From assembly GCA_013375475.1 (NCBI GenBank), contig JABXKD010000007.1, positions 1-64,000 of the forward strand: a DNA stretch of 64,000 nt, in the 5' to 3' direction. Of this stretch, positions 1-9,349 are shown in pieces. Origin of the DNA: Promethearchaeota archaeon (GTDB lineage: Archaea; Asgardarchaeota; Lokiarchaeia; Sigyniarchaeales; SOKP01). The notes below the pieces were generated by a model. It was not told the origin of the DNA. It made no database searches and worked only from the letters and a program-made list of their open reading frames with translations. How positions within the stretch are numbered: position 1 is the stretch's first letter; the number at the start of each line of letters is the position of its first letter. The position numbers and the translations under genes are program-made.

Positions 1-1389
1 ATTTTTGTATTGTTTCTTAAAATTTTTGAACCTATCTCTTTACTCATTTTTATTAAAATGATTGATTGGTGGAAAAATAAGAAAGAGAAAAGAAAGAAAA
101 TGAATACTTCTAACATATACTATGGGATTGTTTTTAGTTGCTTGGCAGTTTTCGTATTTTTCATCATAAATAATTTTGTTTTTGGTTCAGCCATTGGATT
201 TATTTATGATGATACTCAAATCATAACCGACTTAGCTAATTTTGCAGAAAGTGGACCAGTTTATTTATACGAAAGCCTTGGATTTGACCTTTTGAATATC
301 CTCAGTTTTGTAGCTTTAGTGGTTATATCTCTAATAATCGCGGTAATTTTCTTAAATCTTAGTATGAAATATATGAAAAGCATGTTTCTGAGTATTTTAA
401 CATACATACCTGTCTTAATTATCTTGTCTGTGATGTTTGTGATAATAGGAACAGCTGGCAACGGTCTGATAAATTTTTCACCTGACATCTATTGGATAAC
501 TGGACAATCGAGCTTTACATCTATTTTTGGTTTTAGATTTTATACTCTAAGGACTGCTGTATTCGATGGTGAATTAACCGGAGTTTTAAATATCCTTGCA
601 ATTCCTTATCAAACTACTCAATACATTTTCAATATAATTTTTTGGAGTCTGGTTATTTTCTACATGAAAAAAACCTTTAGAGTTAAGAATATAGCTATTG
701 ACGAAAAACACTTAGAAAAGGTTATTTTTTCTTCAATCTCGGAATTTCCAACATACAACGAATATACGAAAATTGAAAACAACTATTTAATTATAAGAAG
801 AGAGGATATCGACTTAAAAGATGTAGCACAAGAGCGAGAGGAAGTAAAGTCTTTACTAGAAAACTTAGAAACTGAAAAGATGCTAGATAAGCTAAAACCT
901 GTGGAAGAAAAAGAAATGCAAAGGTTTTACTTTACTCTTAAATACTTATACAGTAACAACCTAATCGATGTTTTAAAACAAGAGTTCAGCTATATTTACG
1001 AAAAAGCAGAAAAACAAGGATTATACATCATTTATGACGATGGGAGAGGTATCTTTGACTATAATTTCTCTGAAGAATATAGTCACGATCCTGGAATCGT
1101 CTCTGGTATGTTTTCAGCTATTACTTCCTTCATAAAAGAAACAACAAAATCTCAAGAACTATTAAAAACCATAGATCACGGTGATATAACTATTCTAATT
1201 GAATATGGGACTCGTATCTTTGGAGCGTTATTTATTAAGGGAAAACAAACTACAGAAGTGCGTTCCTCCTTAAAAGAACTCGTCACTACATTTGAAGCTA
1301 AATATGCTGATGTCTTAGCAGATTGGAGCGGTGCTCTGATATATTTTAAAGAAGACAACAAGTTAGTAGAAAGCATTTTCAAAGATTAA
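1..1389 (+). CDS. Polytopic membrane protein with C-terminal longin-like domain (5' truncated by window edge)
   Basis: Frame is open from position 1. About five hydrophobic helices are followed by a soluble region ending GLYIIYDDGRGIF...DPGIVSGMFSAITSFIKE...FEAKYADVLADWSG, the pattern of Asgard longin/roadblock-like domains. Confidence 0.7.
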   Translation: MFVLFLKIFEPISLLIFIKMIDWWKNKKEKRKKMNTSNIYYGIVFSCLAVFVFFIINNFVFGSAIGFIYDDTQIITDLANFAESGPVYLYESLGFDLLNILSFVALVVISLIIAVIFLNLSMKYMKSMFLSILTYIPVLIILSVMFVIIGTAGNGLINFSPDIYWITGQSSFTSIFGFRFYTLRTAVFDGELTGVLNILAIPYQTTQYIFNIIFWSLVIFYMKKTFRVKNIAIDEKHLEKVIFSSISEFPTYNEYTKIENNYLIIRREDIDLKDVAQEREEVKSLLENLETEKMLDKLKPVEEKEMQRFYFTLKYLYSNNLIDVLKQEFSYIYEKAEKQGLYIIYDDGRGIFDYNFSEEYSHDPGIVSGMFSAITSFIKETTKSQELLKTIDHGDITILIEYGTRIFGALFIKGKQTTEVRSSLKELVTTFEAKYADVLADWSGALIYFKEDNKLVESIFKD

Positions 1390-1500
1390 TTCCATTTTTT
1401 TTATTTTTTTATTTCACTTTTGTCCATCAACTTCAAAGACATTTTTTTTACCTTTAGAACATAAAAGATATTTATAGATTACCAACCTTTTATTAACTAT

Positions 1501-2601
1501 ATGAGAAGAATAAATAGCGTTGATACCGTTAGAGGACTATCAATGTTCCTCATGGTTTTTGGTCATCTAATTGTTTGGTGGTTAAGACCAGAAGATGCTT
1601 GGCTGGAATTCTGGTTATATGCGTTTCTTAAACCGCTTGGCGCAACGGGATTCCTTTTCGTTTCAGGAATTAGCGCAGCGTTATCCTTTAGAAATTATCA
1701 AAACACTGTAAAAGACTCAGATAAGCTTAGTATGACAACCGTAAGAAATGTTTACCTGCTTAGAGCTATTTTTATATTAATTATAGCCTTTATTTTTAAT
1801 TTATTTAATGCGTTGATATGGGGTGGAAGCATATGGGAATGGAACGCCCTGCAAACAATAGGATTTTCTCTTATATTAGCCTGGCCACTCTTGAAAACCT
1901 CTAAACTATTCAGAATATTTCTGGGAATAGCGATGATAATTGTAAATCAGCTAATTCTGAACCTATTATTGTTGTATGAGGGAGAAGCATCGCTATTTGG
2001 CTTTCTATTTCATTTACTATTTAATCCATTGGATCAATATGTCATTTTGATTTATTTAGGTGTATTTATTATAGGCTCTGCAATCGGGGAATATATTTAC
2101 AAAATTAATCTTATTGAAGAAGAAAGCAAGCGGAAGTATATGTTTAAGAACAGATTGCTAATTCACACATTAATAATTGGAATTTTTTTAATTGTTTTCG
2201 GGATTTTTTATCAGTTCCCTAATTTTCTGTATTTTAATACAATTTCATCAATTGCCTTTGCTGTAGGTTTGGTAATAACTATATTGTCATCTCTGATGCT
2301 TATCGAAGTTTTGGAAAAAATAAAAACAACTAAAAACTACAAATATTTCTTCTATTATTCTTATTACTCATTTACAATCTTTTTACTACACAATCCTTTA
2401 ATTTTCCTTTTTACCAAACAACTTAACGCTTATTTTACAATTTGGTTGGCAATTGCAGTGGGAATAATTATATTCGGGGTAATTTTGCGAGCTACATACA
2501 AGAAAATAAGAGAAAAGGCTTCTCTTAAAGCTGTTCTTAGCATTATCAGCTTCTTTATTGCGACTGAACTTATAGAAAAAAAAACTAAAAGACCTGCTTA
2601 G
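1501..2601 (+). CDS. HGSNAT/DUF1624-family membrane acyltransferase-like protein
   Basis: N-terminal RRINSVDTVRGLSMFLMVFGH, FLFVSGIS and WNALQTIG motifs; about 10 TM helices. Confidence 0.8.
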   Translation: MRRINSVDTVRGLSMFLMVFGHLIVWWLRPEDAWLEFWLYAFLKPLGATGFLFVSGISAALSFRNYQNTVKDSDKLSMTTVRNVYLLRAIFILIIAFIFNLFNALIWGGSIWEWNALQTIGFSLILAWPLLKTSKLFRIFLGIAMIIVNQLILNLLLLYEGEASLFGFLFHLLFNPLDQYVILIYLGVFIIGSAIGEYIYKINLIEEESKRKYMFKNRLLIHTLIIGIFLIVFGIFYQFPNFLYFNTISSIAFAVGLVITILSSLMLIEVLEKIKTTKNYKYFFYYSYYSFTIFLLHNPLIFLFTKQLNAYFTIWLAIAVGIIIFGVILRATYKKIREKASLKAVLSIISFFIATELIEKKTKRPA

Positions 2602-2629
2602 AAAGTTATTAATTTTTAAAATTCGTTAA

Positions 2630-3244
2630 TCAGGCTCTTTCTTTTTCTTTATTAATTGCGTCTAGTAAGCGTTTCACCTCGTAGGACTCTGGATATCTTT
2701 CTTGGATTTTTTGGCAACACTCTATCCCCAAATCAAATTCACCTAATTCTTTATACATAATCCCTAAATTGTACCAGGTTTCGTATTTATCAGGTTTAAT
2801 TTCCAGAGCTTTCTTCCAACACTCAATCGCTTTAGCAGTATCTCCCTTTCCATTATAAGCATTGGCCATATTATTCCAACCCTCGTGATCCTTTGGATCT
2901 AATTCTACTACCTTGTTATAACACTCAATCGCTTTGTCGTAATCTTTATGTTCTCTATAAGCGTTTCCCATGTTGTACAACACGTCAACATCACCTGGCT
3001 TGATTTCCAATGCTTTATTCCAGCACTCAAGTGCTTTTTCTAAATCCCCTCTCCCTATATCATATGCGTTTCCCAAATTGTACCAGCCTTCAAAATGGTT
3101 CGGATTCAACTCCACAGTTTTTTGCCAACATTCAATCGCTCCGTCAGCGTCAGACTCCTCACCACAGACTAATCCTTTTTGATAAAAAACTTCTGCCTTC
3201 TCAATTTTACTTTTCTGTTTGCTTTTTTCGTCAGCCATACCCAT
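2630..3244 (-). CDS. TPR repeat protein
   Basis: Five 34-aa repeats of the form WYNLGNAY...AIECWxKALEIxP. Confidence 0.92.
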   Translation of the reverse strand: MGMADEKSKQKSKIEKAEVFYQKGLVCGEESDADGAIECWQKTVELNPNHFEGWYNLGNAYDIGRGDLEKALECWNKALEIKPGDVDVLYNMGNAYREHKDYDKAIECYNKVVELDPKDHEGWNNMANAYNGKGDTAKAIECWKKALEIKPDKYETWYNLGIMYKELGEFDLGIECCQKIQERYPESYEVKRLLDAINKEKERA

Positions 3245-3452
3245 TACCGTTTTTTGTGATTGTTGCTTTTATCTAATATTTTTCGCTATTAAATATAGTT
3301 TACACTTAGAAGGTTTATAATTGTTATAAAAATAGAGAAAAGATTTGTTTTTTTAATCCATGAGTTTATTCGTAAATTGAATCCTTTTTCGATTGAGAAA
3401 AATATATGTGACAATTACAGCATTAAAAAGACATGTATATTAATCAAGCTAA

Positions 3453-3486
3453 CTTAACATAATCAAGCAACTGTGAGCTACTACTC
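3453..3486. repeat. 34-bp imperfect direct repeat, copy 1 (copy 2 at 5710-5743)
   Basis: cttaacataatcaagcaactgtgagctactactc vs cttaaccaaaccgagcaactgtgagtcattactc: 27/34 identical, with an exact 12-bp core agcaactgtgag. Confidence 0.7.
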
Positions 3487-3504
3487 TCAAGTTTTTCAAC
3501 AAAA

Positions 3505-4779
3505 ATGAATTTAATCTTTAAAGAAAAAGCATCTATCCTCGCGATTCTAGGAATTATTTTTCTCTCATTAGGTCTATTTTGCATCAATCTCGATTTCCTC
3601 TCAAAAGATAGGACTATATATTCGATTGATCGTGATAATAACAATTCTAAAATCCCATATCTGAAAACCGCGAAAATATCATCAATAATCCATATTAATA
3701 ACAATTGGACCGAAGCCAAAAATGCGGGAATTTGTAACGGCTCGGGTACGTGGAACGACCCATATGTGATCAAAGATCTAATTATTGATGGCCTTAATTC
3801 CAGTAATTGTATAAAAATCCAAAATTCCAGCACTTATTTCAGAATCGAGAATTGCACTCTTTTCAATGCAGGAACCGATTGGTTGAGTGAATACGCGGGG
3901 ATACTACTCCACCATACCAATAACGGAATGATCATCGAAAACAATTGTTCAAATAATATGTACGGCATATCCCTCGTCTCCTATAGTAGTAATAATACCG
4001 TTTTTAGAAATTATGCAAATAATAATTTTTATACGGGCATATCTCTTAACTCTTTATGTAGTAATAATACAGTGTTAGACAATGAGGCTGATAACAACTC
4101 AGCTTTTGGAATAAGTATCTCGTGGAACAGTCACAATAACACCATCTCGAGAAATAACGCAACTAAAAATAAAATAGGGCTAGATATATCGTCCTTTTCA
4201 AAATATAATATTATAAAAGATAATAATCTATCTTTTAACTTATTTCCTGGAGGGGATAGTAATGGTATTAGAATTAGTAGAGCAGAAAACAACTCAATTA
4301 TAAGAAATTTTGTAAATCAGAACGGTTGGGAGGGAATTCAAGTCTATGAGAGCAACTATAACTTATTTTTAAATAATTCCATAAATAACAACGGGGAACA
4401 TGGGATTAGCTTGGTTCACTGTGGCGATAATAGACTTATAGGTAATAATATATCCTCCAACGGACAATATGGCATAAATTTAGAGGACTGCGAAAGTAAT
4501 ATCGTAAATCATAACACTATAAATAATCACGATGTTGGCATCTATCTGGACGATCAATCAAAATGCAATGTGGCTTTAAATAACTCTTTTGCTGGCAATG
4601 GAGCAGATATTTTAGACTTCCAGAGAAAATGTGATGAAAATGACTTCACAGCACCTCCCATTGATGTATTGATTATTTCAATAGTAATCGTTGGGGTGAT
4701 GATCTTCATAACAGGGACCATTTTGGTTTTGAGAAGATTATCTAAAATTAAGGTCATTAGAAATAAAAAAAGTTCATAA
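3505..4779 (+). CDS. Membrane-anchored NosD-like parallel beta-helix surface protein
   Basis: N-terminal signal/TM, GSGTWNDPYVI motif, many GIxL...NNxI.xN beta-helix repeats, C-terminal TM plus basic tail. Confidence 0.85.
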   Translation: MNLIFKEKASILAILGIIFLSLGLFCINLDFLSKDRTIYSIDRDNNNSKIPYLKTAKISSIIHINNNWTEAKNAGICNGSGTWNDPYVIKDLIIDGLNSSNCIKIQNSSTYFRIENCTLFNAGTDWLSEYAGILLHHTNNGMIIENNCSNNMYGISLVSYSSNNTVFRNYANNNFYTGISLNSLCSNNTVLDNEADNNSAFGISISWNSHNNTISRNNATKNKIGLDISSFSKYNIIKDNNLSFNLFPGGDSNGIRISRAENNSIIRNFVNQNGWEGIQVYESNYNLFLNNSINNNGEHGISLVHCGDNRLIGNNISSNGQYGINLEDCESNIVNHNTINNHDVGIYLDDQSKCNVALNNSFAGNGADILDFQRKCDENDFTAPPIDVLIISIVIVGVMIFITGTILVLRRLSKIKVIRNKKSS

Positions 4780-4854
4780 AAAATTAAAAGAAAAATGTGT
4801 AGAACTTAATATTCCTCTTATTAAGCTAAAAGAATTCTACTAACTATCACTAAT

Positions 4855-5664
4855 TTACTCTGGAAAAGTAGCGACTGCCCTAACCCAACCAGCACTCGCT
4901 CTAGCTATTTTAACTGGAAAACAGTAAATTGTGGCACCAACAGGAGGAACTTTATCCAAATTCATCATTTTTTCCATTTGAAAATACCCTAACTCTATAC
5001 CTGCAAAATGCCCTTCCCAGATGATTGATGGGTCCGGTTTTTTCTCTTTTACAGATTTTTTCCATTTTTTTGCTGTGAGACTAAAAGGAGCATCCCAAGA
5101 CCATGCATCAATTCCAACCACATGAACACCTTTTCTAATTATATGCAATGTAGCTTCCTTACCAACCCCAACGCCATGATCTATGTAATCTTTAGTACCA
5201 TAGTGTTTTGGAGCATTTGTGTGAACACATAAGATATCTCCCTCTTTTAACCTATGGTCTACATTCTCTAACTTATTATCAATATCTTGAGGTGTCATTA
5301 CATATCCTTCCTCGTAATCTGTACAGTCCAGAACAATTAACGGCCCAATACCCCATTCTAATGGAAACTCGTCGATCGTTATAGCTTTTTTCTCTCCAAT
5401 TTCTCTATCTTGAATAGGGGCAAAATGCCACGGAGCGTCCATATGAGTTCCAGAATGAGTACCTAATGTAATACTTTCTGTACTCCACCCTTTTCCAACT
5501 GGTAGATGTTCGGGTTTCAGTCGAGGAAAAGCAAATCCCATTTCTTCAGCACCTCTATCGTGATTCCCGTATTCAATATGAGGTTGCGTAAGAGGAGGGT
5601 CGAAAATAAGCTCGTCGGGGTTTACTATAGGGATTGAAAGATCAATAAATTTCATTTTTCTCAC
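4855..5664 (-). CDS. Cyclase-family metal-dependent hydrolase (kynurenine formamidase-like)
   Basis: HSGTHMDAPWH motif (HxGTHxDxPxH), VGIDAWS, VRAVA. Confidence 0.9.
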   Translation of the reverse strand: MRKMKFIDLSIPIVNPDELIFDPPLTQPHIEYGNHDRGAEEMGFAFPRLKPEHLPVGKGWSTESITLGTHSGTHMDAPWHFAPIQDREIGEKKAITIDEFPLEWGIGPLIVLDCTDYEEGYVMTPQDIDNKLENVDHRLKEGDILCVHTNAPKHYGTKDYIDHGVGVGKEATLHIIRKGVHVVGIDAWSWDAPFSLTAKKWKKSVKEKKPDPSIIWEGHFAGIELGYFQMEKMMNLDKVPPVGATIYCFPVKIARASAGWVRAVATFPE

Positions 5665-5709
5665 TTCAATAATTAAACATATTCAAGACATCTATTTTAA
5701 TATATTTAT

Positions 5710-5743
5710 CTTAACCAAACCGAGCAACTGTGAGTCATTACTC
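5710..5743. repeat. 34-bp imperfect direct repeat, copy 2
   Basis: See copy 1 at 3453-3486. Confidence 0.7.
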
Positions 5744-5794
5744 CAATTTCATTTTCTCGATATTAAAAAAAACACATACAAAAAAAAAAAAATA

Positions 5795-7534
5795 TTATTC
5801 ATTCATTTCATACGCGTCTTTTAAAGAATGAACAATTTTCCACACTTTACCAAACCGCTCAGGATCGACATTAGGTTTCTTAATCATCTTCAAACACCAC
5901 TCCATCTGTAGCTCGGTAGTACTTGCTTTATTATACAGATTCAATGCATATTTGGAAAAGTCTCTCACGAAAAAATCAAATATTTGATCTAATGTATCTT
6001 CGTCGATATCGTAAATTTTAGCGTTTTCTACGATTAAATGGGCGTATACAATAAGAGAAAAGATTTCACCAATCCCCGAAAGCATGAAGTCCATGTCTTT
6101 TTGTTGATCGATACTAGGAGTAGCCTTTGTTCCCATGAGGTTAAACATCTCAATTTGTTCCATAAATATTTTGACATTGGGTAGATTATATTGCTCAAAC
6201 GCTGCCTTCCAATCGTGAAAACGAACTCTTCCTAACCCCCGTGTTGGACCTTGGTTAAAAAGGAATTTATCGTCTTTAACTTCATCTTGCCTTGGAACTT
6301 CCTCATATTTTTTGTGATTCATAAAGAAATTCACCATGAATTTCAAAATTAAGGCGATGTTTACGTGAACTGTGCCTTCAAGTTTTGGTAAGGCCCGGAT
6401 ATCCTTTGCAGCCATTTCAAAATACATATTCTTTTCGAAACCTTTTGCAGCGATCACATCCCATAAAAGATTTATAACTTCCTCTCCTTGAGTTGTCGTT
6501 TTCATTTTCATAACAGGAGCATATAGTAGATATCGTCTGTCTTTATCAGAAGCAATTCTCATATAATCAGCCGTTCTTAGTCCAAATAATTTCATAGCGA
6601 CTAATCGAGTATAAGCATCGACAAAGTTTTGCTTAACATGCTGAAAATCTGTCACATACATATTGTAGAGCCTTCGATAAGACGCGTGTTGAATTGCTTC
6701 ATAAAATGCGTGTGTGCAAATACCTATTGAAGCCCATCCTAGATTATATTTCCCTACATTAACCGTATTAAGTGATGAATTCCATGCTTCTTCCCCTTTG
6801 GATAATATATCTTCTTCAGTTATCGGGTAATCACGGAGTGCAAAATTTGAAACATAATTCTGACTGTCGCATACATTTTTTATTAATTCATAGTTTTTGT
6901 GTTTATAATTTGCTACAAAGAAAACGTATTGCTCCTTATTTTTCATGTCATAAGGAGGGATGTTGCCGTCTTTATCAGCAAATTTACCAAAATTTGATAC
7001 CATTTGTGCTTCGTTTCCATTACCAATATAATATTTTTCTCCATTAGCTCTATATGAACCATCTTCTTGAGGAGTTAATGCCATTTCAGAGGCGTAAATA
7101 TCTGCTCCGTGCGCTTGTTCAGAGAGACCGAACGCAAAAATGTTCCCCTCGGTAAGTAATTTCGCTGCTTTTTCCTTCGCTTTTTCATTTTTACTCATCC
7201 AAATAGGTCCGAGCCCTAGTATTGAAACTTGCCATGTATACCAATAACTCAATCCATAAAACCCAAGAATTTCATTAAACTCACAAATTCTCCATGTATC
7301 CCATCGATAATTCTCATCTTTTCCGTACTGAGAAGGGGTTAAAAGTTGTGCAAAAATCCTATTCTCTTTTTGAAATTCAAGGAAATCAGAATACCACACT
7401 TTCTTGTGATCATCCTCTTTAATTTTCGCTCTCCCTTTGTTTTCGAAAAATTCTATGGTTTTAAGCATGATCTCTTTTGACTTCGCATCCGGATAATACC
7501 TTTTATGCTCTTTCGGATTTAATAATATTGTCAT
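5795..7534 (-). CDS. Acyl-CoA dehydrogenase
   Basis: FAFGLSEQAHGAD, ANGEKYYIGNG and LPKLEGT motifs. Confidence 0.9.
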   Translation of the reverse strand: MTILLNPKEHKRYYPDAKSKEIMLKTIEFFENKGRAKIKEDDHKKVWYSDFLEFQKENRIFAQLLTPSQYGKDENYRWDTWRICEFNEILGFYGLSYWYTWQVSILGLGPIWMSKNEKAKEKAAKLLTEGNIFAFGLSEQAHGADIYASEMALTPQEDGSYRANGEKYYIGNGNEAQMVSNFGKFADKDGNIPPYDMKNKEQYVFFVANYKHKNYELIKNVCDSQNYVSNFALRDYPITEEDILSKGEEAWNSSLNTVNVGKYNLGWASIGICTHAFYEAIQHASYRRLYNMYVTDFQHVKQNFVDAYTRLVAMKLFGLRTADYMRIASDKDRRYLLYAPVMKMKTTTQGEEVINLLWDVIAAKGFEKNMYFEMAAKDIRALPKLEGTVHVNIALILKFMVNFFMNHKKYEEVPRQDEVKDDKFLFNQGPTRGLGRVRFHDWKAAFEQYNLPNVKIFMEQIEMFNLMGTKATPSIDQQKDMDFMLSGIGEIFSLIVYAHLIVENAKIYDIDEDTLDQIFDFFVRDFSKYALNLYNKASTTELQMEWCLKMIKKPNVDPERFGKVWKIVHSLKDAYEMNE

Positions 7535-7739
7535 AAGCTTTTTTCACTTTATGTTATAATTATCAATTTAATTATAATACAGAATCAGTATTTCAAAATT
7601 AACTTTTTTATTCATTTATAATATTGTATTCTTTACTTTAAGGTTTTTTAATGTCGAAGAGTAAAAACTGGACTCCAATTTATTTTATTACAAACCAATT
7701 CACACAATAATTATAAAGTTTTGTTGATTAAATGTCAAG

Positions 7740-8819
7740 ATGTCTAGATTACATAAAATAACAATGAAAAAAGTTGGTATTCCCCTCCTAATTGCTGTTT
7801 TAGGGTTTGCCGGTATACTTCCAATATGGACTTTCATTAACAGAGTACACTCAGACGAGTATTGGCCCGAGATATACCCCGAACTTGTACAAATGGATTC
7901 AAGTGTTCTAGATAATATGATAATTGATGTTGAAAGCAATAACTATAGGGTTTACAGTATCCTTATCATAAAAAATGGATTTCTCGTAAAGGAATGGTAC
8001 CAAATCCCATATGATAAAGATTATCTTTTTCGCGTTTTCTCAGTCTCTAAAAGTGTAACTTCTGCTTTAATTGGAATTGCTCTTGAAAAAGGTTACATTG
8101 AGACATTGGATGAATTTGTCCTCGACTACTTTCCCGATTATGATATCGCAAATCCAAGTCCTGAGAAGGATGCCATGACTATATGGCACCTGTTAACCAT
8201 GACAACGGGTTTACACTGGCCAGAGGATTATCCATACTCGGACCCCAGAAATCCATATAACGATTGGAAAGCAAGTGAAGACCATGTAGGCTTCGTTCTT
8301 AATAGAACAATGGTCGCACCCCCCGGTACAACCTTCAATTATAATACAGGTGCCTCTCATCTACTATCCGCTATAATCCAAAGAGCTACCAATATGTCAA
8401 CTCTCGATTTTGCAAATCAATATTTATTCGGACCTTTATCTATCGAAGAATCACTATGGTATGAAGATCCTCAGGGTGTAGCAGGGGGGGGAGATAATTT
8501 ATATTTAAGACCTCGAGACATGGCAAAGATCGGTTATCTGTTTCTTAACGAAGGAAATTGGGAAGGCGAGCAGGTTATTTCTGAAAATTGGGTTAGAACT
8601 TCCACAAGTGTTATGGTTGATTGGGGATGGGTGCTCGATTATGGGTTCCAATGGTGGATAGCCTCTGAAGATAACCTTTATCGAGCTTTAGGTTATGGTG
8701 GACAGCAGATAAATGTATTCCACTCAGAAGATTTAATAGTTGTCTTCACAGGAATGAATACACTTTATGATTTTGCCTCCTACTTAATTTACAATTATAT
8801 ATTACCATCAGTATTTTAA
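7740..8819 (+). CDS. Beta-lactamase-family serine hydrolase (membrane-anchored)
   Basis: SxxK (FSVSKS), HLLTMTTG, PGTTFNYNT, ALGYGGQ; N-terminal TM. Confidence 0.9.
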   Translation: MSRLHKITMKKVGIPLLIAVLGFAGILPIWTFINRVHSDEYWPEIYPELVQMDSSVLDNMIIDVESNNYRVYSILIIKNGFLVKEWYQIPYDKDYLFRVFSVSKSVTSALIGIALEKGYIETLDEFVLDYFPDYDIANPSPEKDAMTIWHLLTMTTGLHWPEDYPYSDPRNPYNDWKASEDHVGFVLNRTMVAPPGTTFNYNTGASHLLSAIIQRATNMSTLDFANQYLFGPLSIEESLWYEDPQGVAGGGDNLYLRPRDMAKIGYLFLNEGNWEGEQVISENWVRTSTSVMVDWGWVLDYGFQWWIASEDNLYRALGYGGQQINVFHSEDLIVVFTGMNTLYDFASYLIYNYILPSVF

Positions 8820-8836
8820 TACAAAGTGAGAAAAAA

Positions 8837-9226
8837 ATGACAGAAATAACTAAAAAGTTGAAAATTTTATGTATTATTAATGCTTCTATTGGATTAAGCC
8901 TCGCTTTCTTATATATAGCAGTTCCATATTACTATTTGTCTCTTATCGAGTGGCCCTTCTTCGATCCATATTACTCCTGGGCATTTGGTGGAATTTTCTT
9001 AATTCTTTCATCATTTCTACTAAGATCGATAAAGCAAAATCACGGGGAAAAACTTAAATCCGTTTTAGAAATTACGATAGCTTGGGAAATGTTAATCTTA
9101 ATCCTTAATATTATCTCACTGATTTTAATACCAACACCAATTATTTCGATTTTGTCTACATGGATTTTAAATATAATATTTATACTCCTTATTATACTCA
9201 ATTTTTTATTCCTAAAAAGAAATTAA
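8837..9226 (+). CDS. Small 4-TM membrane protein
   Basis: Four hydrophobic segments; starts 17 nt after the hydrolase gene. Confidence 0.7.
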   Translation: MTEITKKLKILCIINASIGLSLAFLYIAVPYYYLSLIEWPFFDPYYSWAFGGIFLILSSFLLRSIKQNHGEKLKSVLEITIAWEMLILILNIISLILIPTPIISILSTWILNIIFILLIILNFLFLKRN

Positions 9227-9349
9227 ATTCATATATCTATCAAGCGAAAGTATTTTAGTATACAAGCAAAATCTATTATTATTATCATTTTTACTATTAC
9301 TTTTCAAAATAATACTCCCGATTTGAGAAAAAGAAGAAAGGATTAGAGG

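Noticed and set aside
3444-3833. Antisense and nested ORFs in the track (e.g. 3444-3833, 20873-21175, 31140-31424, 49642-50049, 63460-63894)
   Set aside because: Shadows of well-supported genes on the other strand or frame, with no motifs of their own.
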